A DNA stretch of 59,480 nucleotides, the filler included, from Bipalium vagum (taxonomy: Eukaryota): the NCBI GenBank assembly GCA_037834085.1. It is 3 parts of 3 records of this genome, joined end to end, with 100 filler letters (N's around TTAATTAATTAA, not from the genome) between each part and the next. Parts side by side here need not be neighbours in the genome. Positions count along the whole stretch, not along the records: positions 1 to 19,815 come from JBBMKC010267138.1; positions 19,916 to 43,474 come from JBBMKC010207820.1; 1 more part is not named here. One strand, 5' to 3'. The position numbers and the translations under genes are program-made. This document shows, piece after piece, positions 14,201-25,377 of this stretch. The stretch's first letter is position 1. Every line of letters starts with the position of its first letter. A model generated the notes under the pieces. It did no database searches. It saw only the letters and a list, made by a program, of their open reading frames with translations, and was not told the DNA's origin.

Positions 14201-17200
14201 GATATCGGAAATGTGATATATTCGATTGAGCAAAACCGTAAAGAAAAACAAAAATTATACACTTGGTTGAATATAAATGTTGAAAAGCCTAGAAGACCAA
14301 AAAATCAAGATGTCTTTTCCATTCTTGATTTTTCACCAAAGGACCTGGCCATATCTTTATCATTAATGGAACAGAATTTGCTTAATAATATCCATCCTTG
14401 TCACCTGTTATTATGTAAGTCGACCGATTTTATTTTTCTTTCTTTTTATTTACTATGGATTTTTCCCGAAAGATATAAATTCATTGTCCTGCAATGAAGA
14501 AAGCATTCTTCAAACAATCAAATCTCACAGATTCTCCCCAAATTCCCTTAACGGCAGCAGTACACATCACAGAGAGATCCTTTTAATTTTGCGCCATTCG
14601 GGAAAAATCACACATTGGGCAATATCGGAAATTCTTCGAACCACAGATTCTAAGTTGCAGGCCAAAGTAATTTGGGTTCAGATTTCAAAACACTGCGATT
14701 GAATGTTTTTTATTTATTGATAACAGATAGTAAAGGTTCTCATAATCACTTGCATTTGGTGTTTGGAGTTGAATAACTATTCGACGACTATCAGTGTTTT
14801 GGAAGCCTTGCAATCAGTGACATTGAAATGGGCACCTTTTTGGGCTCATGTAAAGCCGAAAACTGTGAAAATATTGAAAGAATTAGACGCCATAACAAAT
14901 CAGTTCTCAAGAAACACTTCCAACTTGTCCACGAATGATAAATGTTTCAGTAAATTATTTCTGAACGGCTCTCCTTTTCTGCCCTGTGTGCACGCTGTTC
15001 TGGTCAATCTCAAACTAACAATGGTAGGCAAAGTTATCACCAAAGACAAATGTCTAAAATGGACGAAATTAAAGTAAATTTTATTTATTTTGTATAGTTC
15101 TAGTAAGAATTTTATAAAAATAAATTTTGTTATGGCCGAAAATCAATATAATGAACTTTATAATAATAATAATAATAATAATACAGTAGAATCCACTTAA
15201 TGTCATCACAGTTGGTGTTATCAAAAATATCAATTCCCGATTTTGTCTATGTAAATTAATTAAAAATAAGCCGTTTATTCTAATAAAAAATTCTGATTAT
15301 TTTATCAATTTATTAATAATTAAATTTTATCATCTAATAAAGAATTTTACAAATCAGTTACATTTGTTTAAATATTAAGACGGATTATTACACATTTTAA
15401 AATTTCTGGATTCAAAGATAAATATGAAGCCTGTGGATTTATCGGTAAACACAAAAAGATGTCTAGAGTACTTTGACAAGTTACATAAAATGAGTCCACA
15501 AATTGTAGTTATATTCATATAAAAATTTTGCAACCTCTTTTATGTAATCTAATAAAAACAGAACACATTGAAACTGAAAGACTTACTAATGCAAATATGA
15601 ATCGGAAAATTATGTCCAAGTTGAATCAGTTTTAAAAATTTTGCTCAGAAATGTTCGTGAGAAATATGCTCCGAATAACAGGCGATAAAAAGCAGTGGAA
15701 TTTACAAAAAATGTGAGTTTCGAAAATTTCTAATGCAACCGTTGGATGGTTTTGAAATGGAAAAATCGAAAAAATTTCGTGTACAAGCACATGGTTGGTG
15801 ACGAAAAAAGTGCTGATTTTTTTAAGGCCGATTATTGGGTACATATACTATGGCTGGTAAAAAATTATTGGTGAGTATGCTTCTAAGGATATTTACAACG
15901 CAGGGGAAACAGCAATCTATTTTCGAGGAATACATGAACATACACATAAAAATGAAAGTGATAAAGGATTCAAAACTTTAAAAGACCGAGTGAAAATTCT
16001 TTGTCATGCAAAAATGGAAGGTGAGAAAAGAGATTTATTAGTAATTGGAAAAAGTAAAAATCAACCTGTTAATTATGATTCTAGTCAAATTTATTGATAA
16101 CAAGTATAATTTTTAAAAAATGGTTGGTTAAATGGGATCTTCAAGAAAAACAAAAAATTGTCTTAGTAATAAAAAACTGCTCGACACATCGAATCAATGT
16201 CATTAAAGAATATCAAAATTAGTTATTTACTTTCGAATATTGCATCGTTAATTCAGCCACGTGATCAACTTATTATATGAACTTTAAATGATTATTATCA
16301 CAAAAAATACGTGCACGAATCACTTGATAATCTAGATCTATTTGACACAAATAAAATTACAAACAAATTTGCTCTTCTTGAATCATTGCAATTCGTGTCA
16401 ATGTATAAGCATATCGCAGAGAACTCATTCAAAAACTGTTTCAAAATATGAGTTTTTTTAAACAAGAATTTTATGATACTGCTGGCGATATCTTGAACCA
16501 TCAATTAAAAGTCAAAAAAAGGAATTTGATATTTTTTTTAGATATTGATAATGAGGTCCAAACAACATAAACAATGACGACATCAGACATTTGTCAATAT
16601 TTTATAGGTCCCAATATATCACCAAACAATGAAGATAAAATTTTAAAAGAAATTTTAGAAATTCCTCCAAATGATTCTCAAATATAAGAAGCTTTAAAAA
16701 TTTTCTCCACTTTGTTGGATATAAAGAAACGCCAAAAAACACTGGATGAATATTTCAAAAAATATTGTTTTATAAAATGTGAATTTAGGAAAAGGAAAAA
16801 AAGTAGATAGATATTATAATTTTTTATATCCGTCAGTTAATGTTATCAAATGTAACAGGTACCAATGTGATTACATTAAGCGGATTCTACTGTAATAATA
16901 ATAATAAAATAATTTCAAAATCGTTCAGAAACGTTTTGTTACTTCTGAATATTTTTAATTGTTTGGCTGTCATTATTTTGGTGTTTGGAAGATTGGTTTC
17001 ATCTACGTGTGATTGATTGTTTCATTGACACTAATCATCTATAGAAAAATTACCGATATATTGGATCAAATACGACTCAATCTACAGTTCAAATACATAT
17101 CCAATAATTCAGAGATCAACAAACTGAAAAACAAATTGTCAGCTCGAATTGATCATTTGACGAGTATTTCTTTAGACATTCTTCAGTCTCATAATATGCT

Positions 17201-17216
17201 TGCTCAAGAATCTTAA
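8228..17216 (+). CDS. Divergent Ras guanine-nucleotide exchange factor (REM + CDC25 domains), 5' incomplete
   Basis: Exons 8228-8388, 10605-10857, 10918-11040, 14177-14414, 14473-14666, 14727-15073 and 17045-17216 splice in frame with GT-AG. REM motif LLYDFLLIYRQFYTAVEF. CDC25 motifs ILDFSPKDLAISLSLME, ITHWAISEIL, CLELNNYSTTISVLEALQS, SPFLPC and LKWTKLKKITDILDQI. Stop TAA at 17214-17216. Confidence 0.85.
9145..10433 (-). mobile_element. Full-length (1289 bp) decayed mariner in RasGEF intron
   Basis: About 30-bp TIRs TTAGGTTGTAACAAAATTTTTCATGAAT / ATTCATGAAAAATTATGTTACAACCTAG with TA flanks. Motifs ITGDAKWCLY, VILLHDKPKSQ and FFLFRSLSNQMKG. Confidence 0.92.
11330..12130 (-). mobile_element. 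Degenerate IS630-Tc1-mariner element with DUF4817-type HTH
   Basis: Minus-strand peptides PTPRTMRKIFEKFK*TGGVCDLWKSER and TDEATF...INRHNCRI* match the KF..TGSV.D..RSGRP and SDEA.F...VN.HN.R.W patterns. Ends not defined. Confidence 0.7.
12239..12718 (+). mobile_element. Internally deleted mariner (480 bp)
   Basis: N-terminal peptide HLRNVLLFRFHLKRSAAE. Degenerate TIR pair ending ...GAACTTATGCCCCAACCTAA|TA. Confidence 0.65.
13080..13960 (-). mobile_element. Decayed mariner, same family as 9145-10433
   Basis: Shares blocks such as AAGTTTGTATACAAACACCATTT. Motifs GDEKWCLYTN, VILPHNN and FYLFQSLSNQLKG. Confidence 0.85.
15184..16892 (+). mobile_element. pogo/Tigger-family DNA transposon, complete ends, decayed transposase
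   Basis: TIRs CAGTAGAATCCACTTAATGT / ACATTAAGCGGATTCTACTG with TA flanks. Motifs DIYNAGETAIYFR, KDRVKIL, LLVIGKSKN and LIQPRDQLII (DDE_1). Confidence 0.92.
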
Positions 17217-18235
17217 TCTTTCAAGATCATTATATATTTATGTGTATATATATAATATATCAATTTTGTAATCGTGTTTTCGTATTAATATAAATTATAT
17301 TTCTTAAACTTTTTAATTGATATTTTCCCCCATTGACATTTTTAATAAATTGATGTGTGCATATATGGTCTAGTATTAAAAATAAATCATAAATGTTATT
17401 TTTATTATTATTTACAAAAAATATTTTTCCCAGCATTGTACCTAATTAAAGTGAAATATTGTTTGTTTAAGCATATTGTTATATTTTTTTGTAATTAGAG
17501 TAATTTTTATTACCTTATAAGTTCAATGGTACTGTATTTGACACTGATGGTATAGTAATTATTGTGTATATTAATAGTAGATGATCATCAATCTTTGTTT
17601 GTACAACATAAGAAATACATTCAAATATATCTAAATAAATTGGTCAAGCAATTTTTGTATACAAGATTGAATTGTCTTATCTCATTTTAAAATAATTAAT
17701 GTTCGTAAAAGGTTTTATCAGCGAAATGTAGATTAAGAATTAACCAAGAATTAAAAATCAGTTTTAAGTTTGATGAATTTTACAGTATTCACTTTCTCTT
17801 GGATTGTAGAGTAAATTAATTATTTGTTTTCACTGATTACCAAAATATCCTTATTGGATTCTTTAAGAACTTGAATGATGTGCGCTTATTTGTCATTAAT
17901 TTGTTGTCAAAAAGACTATACCTCCAATGGTATCACTATTATTTCTCAAACGTGTGATCCATCGTTGAACGACACATTTGTTAGCAGCATTTGACAAAAC
18001 TGCCTATATACTGTGAGTTATCTCTAATGCAATTAGGCTTCTTTCAATTTCATAAAAAGTAAGCATTTAGAAGTCTGTTATTTTTTATCATTGACTAAAT
18101 TAATAAAGGTTAATAATATAAAATGCATAAAATTTGACCAAATCAAAAACTTAGGATATAATAATTAAATAGATATATAATATGGTAATAATTATTGAAG
18201 TATTTAAACAAATATTAAATGTTAAAACTCAGCTA

Positions 18236-18780
18236 CAGTAGAGATCGTTTAGTTAGACAAATTTGATTTCAAAAATGAAAAAATCACAAAAATGGAATTA
18301 ATTTTTATTAATAAATGATATCTAGATGTTTGTCTGGAAAAAAATCCGAAATTGATAGTTCAGCACTAGTTTGTAAATCTTCATCAATTTTAATGTCTTT
18401 AAGTTTTATATCAAAATTGCTAATCTCATTCAATTAATTAAAAAGATCCTCGACTTCATTGGTTTGAAATGTTTCACTTTCTTTTAGTTGCTTTATATTT
18501 ATAAAAACCAACATGGGAGAAGAAACTGATAATTATAATTATTCCTGTCGTCAAAATATTTTTAAAAGATTCATTGAATCAAGTAAATTAAAATAAAAAT
18601 CAATATCGGTTTCATAACATGCTAAAAGTTGCTGAACTAACTTTCTTATGTGCATTTTAAAGAATAAATAATTCCTGCATCTAATGGGTGATTTCTAGAT
18701 ATTTTATTTACAGGCAAAAATACAAATTAATATTTGAAGATTATCTATATTCGGGTGCCATTAGCATCTGTCCAAAACTT
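18236..18780 (-). mobile_element. pogo/Tigger 3' remnant
   Basis: TA|CAGTAGAG end at 18236 and minus-strand HPLDAGII motif. Confidence 0.65.
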
Positions 18781-19700
18781 CGAGGAGAAGCTTAAACTAT
18801 CGAGAAAAAACAAATTTAAGACTGATTATATAGATATATATTAAGTCTCTTAAATTGGAGCAAAGACTAAGAGCCTAACTGTTAGAAGGTTGACTTTCAC
18901 GCGTTCGACTATGAAATTTTAAATTAACTAAAATAACAAATATAATATTTCAAATTTTATTGAGATTACAAATCGGCTTTACAGTTAGAGAGTGATTGCT
19001 TTTACAACAATCATCTACAAGAAATCTTTCCCTTTATTTTACGGTTAATTAAAGTATAGAATCTTTTCGCGTTGATTACAAGATCAACGTCTCAAAAGCC
19101 CTTCAGAATATAATTCACCACCCTAATAAGTGTGTGAACTATGAACAAAAAGAATCACCGTCAGAAATGAAGAGATAACAAAAAAGGTTAATTGATTTTA
19201 GGGCTATACCCTAACATTTATTTTCAAGAATATTATTTAGAATTTTTATATTTTAAAATTTATTAATTGTGTAATTCAATAGAGTTACCAATTGTATTTT
19301 AGATTAATAATAACGATCGTCTAATTCTTTAGAATTAGCAATCAAATAATATACGATTAAATAATTACCAAATACTTACTAATGGGTAAATAGTTTTAAA
19401 CGTCTATTCAATTTACTGATCCAATAATTTTGGGCATATAATCAAGAATGTCAATTTGGTTCTTGATCCAGTATTTATGTGACTATGATTGTGCGTGTCT
19501 CATGATGGTTGATTTTTAGATTCTGTGACTTAACCTTTTCACTTGTGCACTCGTTGATTTATTGCTTCAAATTTGGTGTGTGTTTTTTAGCATGAAGTTT
19601 TGTTCAATTGATTATAATTTTTCTAGGGCTTATATACCCATTATTTAATATCAGATCTATTTAAAGTAACATTTTTGTTACCATTTTTAAACTTATACTT
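18780..19700. mobile_element. Penelope-like retroelement remnants (RT thumb on +, GIY-YIG region on -)
   Basis: Plus strand IGFTVRE, FTTIIYKKS, YKINV. Minus strand LILNNGY, INQRVH, IMRHAQ..H..IDILDYMPKII. Heavily decayed. Confidence 0.45.
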
Positions 19701-19815
19701 CTGATTTCCTACTGTATATAATTTTATTCTTAATATTCATTTATGTAAATCTATTATTAGTAAGTTGAACTTACTAATTTAATATATTACAAATTTTTAT
19801 ATTTTTACTATATGA

Positions 19816-19915
19816 NNNNNNNNNNNNNNNNNNNNNNNNNNNNNNNNNNNNNNNNNNNNTTAATTAATTAANNNNNNNNNNNNNNNNNNNNNNNNNNNNN
19901 NNNNNNNNNNNNNNN
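19816..19915. other. Artificial contig linker N44-TTAATTAATTAA-N44
   Basis: Exactly 100 nt with a six-frame-stop spacer, identical to 43475-43574. Confidence 0.97.
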
Positions 19916-20165
19916 AAGAGACTCGGGGCGGTTAAGGATATAGATGTGAGCTTTAAAGGAGGGTATGTGAGATAATTTGAAATTAGTCGGGGTATGTAGC
20001 TCAGTGGTCAGAGCAGTTCATGCGCAAAAAATAGAATGGAAAGGAAATTGAAGTAAGAGACTCGGGGCGGTTAAGGATATAGATGTGAGCTTTAAAGGAG
20101 GGTATGTGAGATAATTTGAAATTAGTCGGGGGATGTAGCTCAGTGGCCAGAGCAGTCCCTGCGCA
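19916..20165 (+). repeat. 139-bp tandem duplication including the 5' half of a tRNA-Ala-like sequence
   Basis: 19916-20026 is nearly identical to 20055-20165. Confidence 0.9.
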
Positions 20166-20201
20166 TATGAAGGGTCCCGAGTTCGAATCCCGCTATCTCC
20201 G
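20129..20201 (+). pseudogene. tRNA-Ala(CGC)-derived pseudogene or SINE head
   Basis: GGGGATG TAGCTCAGTGG (A box) ... GAGTTCGAATCCC (B box) ... TATCTCC, followed by a T-run. Anticodon stem and T stem are mispaired. Confidence 0.8.
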
Positions 20202-20574
20202 TAAAATTTTCAACTGACACTACTGTAAAACTAATATTTTTAAATCAGCAATAAAATTTTAAAATATGTAGATTAAAAAATTTATTTCGGATAAAATTTT
20301 TACAAAATTTGGATTTGATTTATTTTTAAAAACATTTTTAGAAAAAATAATACAGAGCGAATTTTGAACTCGTGAATTATTAAAGAATTATTTTAATCAT
20401 TAAAATTCCAACTTGTGATTTCTAATCTCTACCAAACAATAACTTATATTTTAACTAAACTTTATTTTCAAAGTTATTAATTTTTTTATTTTGTACTATA
20501 AATTATTAAATCATTAAATTTTTTTGATTAATATCACAAGAACTTTAGATTTTATTCATAAATATTATTATTAC

Positions 20575-21092
20575 CTGACACTTGCATATTTCCTTGTTTT
20601 ACTGCTATAATATGTTCTCCTATTTCTTTTGGAGTAAAATGAATATGAAAAACACTGTTGTAATAATCAATAATATCCGTAAATATGACTTTTCCAGATG
20701 GGGATTTTATCTCAGCGCACATATTTAATGCAGATTCAAAATCTTTTTAAAAACAGTAAAATAGTATTATTTACTAAAATAACCAATACGAATTTCAAAC
20801 CTTCAGATACAAAGTTGATTTCTTGTTTTACAGATTCATTATAAAAATGGTGAGGGTTGTGATGAAATTCACCAATTTTTCTAAAATCATTTACTAAAGA
20901 AGCTTCTTTGATGTCGTTTGTTATTGGATAATTCTTTTTAACTGAATTTGGAAAATTATATTCATAATTTGTGATATGTCTCGGTGTGCTATTAGTTTCA
21001 TACATGACAGAATTGGTTGATGGTTTAAAAATATAAGAACTAAGATTCGGAGAAATCAAATCTCGTTTCTGAAAATATCTTTTATAAGTCAT
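20575..21092 (-). CDS. Filamin-repeat protein, first two coding exons (3' part lost at linker)
   Basis: Exon 21092-20801, 58-nt GT-AG intron, exon 20742-20575. Spliced peptide ...NFVSEDFESALNMCAEIKSPSGKVIFTDIIDYYNSVFHIHFTPKEIGEHIIAVKQGNMQVS(G) fits the filamin Ig repeat consensus SPSG...D...Y.V.F.P.E.G.H.I.V...G..V.GSPF. Confidence 0.85.
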
Positions 21093-22076
21093 GATTATGA
21101 AATTTTAACCAGTAATTATTAATTAAATATTTAAGTTTGATCATTATTAATGATTTCATTATTGTCCATTCTCATACTTAAAACATCATTAAATATCCAT
21201 AATTTTCATTACAATGAAATTAAATATCATCATATAATACGTCACGCTTAAAGTCATACAATAAAATAGTTGTTTTGATGAAGTTATGTTTTCATAACTT
21301 GTCTTGAAAATCAAATCAGAAAACGTAAAAACAAATGAAAATGTATTATTTTTTCAAATAAAATAAATTTTCAATATAGTCCATTATTTTTAGTTATAAA
21401 ATAAATTAAATACTGTAAAAATATTGGTAATCCTGCAGTTTAGGTGCAGTTTTAAACAGATTTTAAGTAATAAGTAGTTTATATTTATTTTTATTAAAAA
21501 TTAAGAGGGTAAAATAAAACACTTAAATTTTGTTTAATTTCAGTCTTTATTTGAAAAATTTTCTGATTTAAATAATTTTTTGTTTTACTTATGTTTTAAT
21601 AAAAATAAATGTAAGCTACTTACTAATATGAGTAAATAAAATCTGTTCAAATATAAAATTACAAAATTATTAAACAAAATCTAAAATGAAAATAAATATA
21701 AAAATAAATATCCTACTGAGCCATCTTTCTCAATTTATTTTTCAGACAAAAACTAACTCCGCCGGACTCATAGGTGTTGTCTTCTATAAAGATGTGTTTA
21801 AAGTATACTCAATTTCAGGTAAAGTTTCTTCCTAATCGGTTTTCTCTCTATCTTTTAAAGTTGCATTTACATATTTTCTAATGGTACAAAATTGTTACAC
21901 AAAATTGGCGCACACGCTCATTCGTTCGTCAAAAACGTTTTTACAAATAAGATCCCATTTGTGTGGCACATAAAATTTAAATTTTTTTCATACATATAAA
22001 ATATACCTAAAAATCAAAAAATAATAAAAAAATAAAAATCAAATAATATTAAAAAAATTATTTTTTCTTTAAAAAA

Positions 22077-23640
22077 ATTGCAAGCGAAAATAATATTAAT
22101 CAAAAAAAGATAGCGAACCCAGAATTTAATATTGATGAATGGCAAGCTATACATAAAAACTTACCTTTTGAAAATTATCCTTTTCCGGATAATTTATTTC
22201 ACGATGATTTTAATCAGACAACCGAAATAGTAGATGGTAATTTGATTCATTATTTAAATTCTCATTATTATAAAAAACATCTTGGTTCAGTTTTTCAATA
22301 TAAGATTTCACCAGCAGATACAACTTCAAAAAATAATCGTAGTTTTATAAATTTTATTTTAGAAACCGTTACAAATGATTCAGATAATTATAGAGTTAAA
22401 CTAACACACATCCTATAATTTATTCAAAGCATGGCTCATTTCCTTTAACAACTAAAGATAATGTAATTAATTTATTATATTCGAAATTAGAATTTTTTTT
22501 ACAATCTGCTGAAGAAACAAATAACTTTTAAATAAATAATGTAACTTTTGAATTTTTAATAATACCAATACCTCAAGGAAAGGAAAAAGATTATATTAAT
22601 TATAGTGGTAATAATTCTACAAATTTAATATTACAAACTATTGCGAAAAATTCAATTAATATAATTCAAAATAATGATTCACTTTGTTTGACTAGGTCAA
22701 TAGTAACTTCTTTAACTTATGATAATTTCAAAAATAAAAAATATTTAAACATTGGAGGAAAAGATAATAGAATTAGATATATTAGAAGAAAAGATAAAAT
22801 TCAAGAATGGGCTATAAAATTACATAATACGGCACAAGTAGAAATTAAAGAAAATGGTAATAATATTGATGATTTAAAATTATTTGAAAATCATTTACAT
22901 TTAAGAATTATAGTTTATCATCACAATAATAATAATTCTATTTTATATAGAAGCGATGAAAATTTTGAAAAACACGTTATGATAAATAAATAAAAAGAAA
23001 ATTTTATAAAGAAAATCATCACTTTATTTCAATTGCAAAAATATCAGCTTTTTCACAATCACAAAAATATTATCACAAATGTTTACTAGCATTTCAAAAT
23101 CAACATAAATGCAAAGTAGATAGTGTTACAACTTATAGTAATTCGAAAATTTGTGAAGATTGTAAACAAGAATATTCTAATAGATCAGACCATGTGGTTA
23201 TAAAAATTGTCCAATTTGTGATGAAACTTATGAACCACCTTTTAATCAACATAAATGTTATATGAAAAATAATGAAGGAAATTTTAAACAAAGTAATAAA
23301 TATTTATTTTTTGATTTTGAATCTACTCAAGAAAATAAAGGTTATCTTGAAATGAATTATGCAATAGCTTATGATACTAAAAGAAAAATATATTTTAAAA
23401 TACAAACAAACACAATTTCATATTTTTTAATTAAATTAAAATTAGAAAATTTAATAATTGAAAATATTCAAAATAATATTGAATTTTTAAAAGACGTTAC
23501 AATTGAAAATTCAAACTCTTTTATTGATACCTTCTGTAAATTTTTCATTAGTGACGATTTCAAACAATTTACTTTTATAGCTCATTATGCAAAAGGTTAT
23601 GATAACCATCCAATTTTAGGTTGGTTGATTCGGAATCCAT
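22077..23640 (+). pseudogene. polB: Protein-primed family B DNA polymerase 5' half (Polinton/Maverick/adintovirus type), frameshifted and truncated
   Basis: Intronless. Motifs FLQS..IPIPQG..KNSINIIQNNDSLCLTRSIV, QEWAIKLH, LKLFENHL, NHHFISI, CxxC/HxC clusters, ExoI YLFFDFESTQ and ExoII FIAHYAKGYDNHPILGWL. Confidence 0.85.
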
Positions 23641-24236
23641 GAAAATCTTCGGACAACAGTAACAAATTTTGGGTCTTCCGACAAAATATAATCAAGTGTT
23701 CTCGATTTCTCTTCTGACAATCAAAATAATAACTCTCGATCTCTCTTCTGACAACCAAAAATAATAATTCTCGATCTATCTTCTGATAACCAAAAATAAT
23801 AATTCTCGATCTATCTTCTGTGGCAATCCACTGCGGATTCCAACTCCTTATATACTATTCTGATCTGACGATCAATCAATCGTAGACCAGCTTTATCAAT
23901 GGGGAATGTCAATTCCCTTTTTAGACCGATAATTCTAAATCGGTCCCTCCTTGCGGACGCTGATCTAATCTTGGCAATTTAGGTTCGTTATTATCAAGAT
24001 TAAATCCTTTTTTGGAAATAATTAATTGCCTCTTTTTTTATTTGGATGTACTTTTTAATTAATTAATTAACTATTATTATCATTAATTTATTATTATTAA
24101 AAATAATAATTTATTTCTGACCCTCTTGCGGTCTTAATAATTAATTTATAATAACCAATCTAAACCCTATTGTGGCCTCTACCATACTTCTACTTTTACA
24201 AGGGTTGGCAAGGATGTGTCCTTAGCTAACCCAACA
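23640..24236 (-). mobile_element. Solo-LTR-like insertion truncating PolB
   Basis: Abrupt GC rise. On the minus strand it begins TGTTGGGTT and has TATATAAGGAG (about 23846-23856) followed by tandem repeats. No TSD recognised. Confidence 0.5.
23701..23820. repeat. 34-35 bp tandem repeat, 3.5 copies
   Basis: Unit CTCGATCT(C/A)TCTTCTGA(C/T)AACCAAAAATAATAATT starting at 23701, 23735, 23770 and 23805. Confidence 0.92.
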
Positions 24237-24339
24237 ATATTAAAAATATCAATTTTTAAGAAATGAAACCGATATTTAAGCAATAAAAAATTAGAAACAA
24301 AAATTAATTTTCAAGTATTGCAAAACTATTATAAATATT

Positions 24340-25377
24340 TTTCATTATTTCATCTCTTGGAATTTTATTATATAAATAATCTTTTACATTATTAATAAAT
24401 TTTTTATCATAGTTTAAGTGAAAGTTTGTTTCATAAGAGCATTGTTCGCTTTCATCCCTTCAATTTGTTTTTTTTCTTTGAATAAATTTTTATTTTCATA
24501 TATCTTTATACATTTTGTTCCAATAATTTCTGTTTGTAGTGCAATAGATTTTCCTTTAAATTCTGTTTGAGTTATTTTATCAATTTATCCATGAGTATTT
24601 AATATTCTTTTTTGTAATCTTTTAACTTCATTTTTATATTTTTCAATTTCTAAAAAACTTTCTTTCTTCAAATTTCCAATCTTTTTTTTCATATTTTAAA
24701 TTAAAACTTGTATTCATTACTTTTATAGGTTCTTCAGTATTATTTAATTCTCCCTTAATAATAAATTTCTTTTTAAAAGTTTTTAATTTCTGTTTCAATA
24801 CATTTATTAAATTCTAAATTTTCCAATTTTTCAGTTTTCATATTTTTTTTGTAAATCATTATATTCTCTTTTATAATTATTTAAATAATTTTCTAATTTA
24901 TCTATTATATTACCTTTTTGGATTAAATTAATTTCTAAATTTTTTTGTATATTATTAACTTGTTTAAGCTTTTCTTCATTTTCTTTTATAATATTTTTTA
25001 AATCTTGTATTTCTAATTTATATGATTTTATTTTTTCATAATTTTCTTCATGAATATTAATTTTAGTTTCTTCTAAATTTTTAATTATATTATTTAATTG
25101 AATAATTTTTTCATCTTTATCCTTTTTAAGGTTTTTATAATGATTTTTTTCATTAGTTTTTTCTTTTATTTCATTGTTTAATTTATTTATTAAAGAATCA
25201 TTTATTGCAAAACTTCTGCTATTTCACATCACTTAGATTACTTACTTCCTTACTTATATTACTTAATTCCTTACTTACACTTATATTTTCAATATGTATT
25301 TTAGTTTTTTCATGATTCCATTTATTATTTTTTGAAATATATTTATTACAATATTTACAAAAATAATTATCTACCAT
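24340..25377 (-). pseudogene. Decayed C2H2 zinc-finger + K/E/N-rich coiled-coil gene (probable accessory gene of the Polinton-like element)
   Basis: ATG at 25377: MVDNYFCKYCNKYISKNNKWNHEKTKIH. After a frameshift near 25225, about 100 open codons (INDSLINKLNNEIKEKTNEK...EEKLKQVNNIQKNLE), then broken continuation. Intronless. Confidence 0.6.

Noticed and set aside
19860-19871. Palindrome TTAATTAATTAA inside N-runs (also 43519-43530)
   Set aside because: Six-frame-stop spacer added in assembly, not biological. It also means linkage across it is unproven.
20129-20201. Functional tRNA-Ala gene
   Set aside because: Anticodon and T stems do not pair properly, so it is called a pseudogene.
23701-23820. 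35-bp repeats suggestive of a CRISPR array
   Set aside because: Head-to-tail tandem copies with no unique spacers, no cas genes, and a eukaryotic context.
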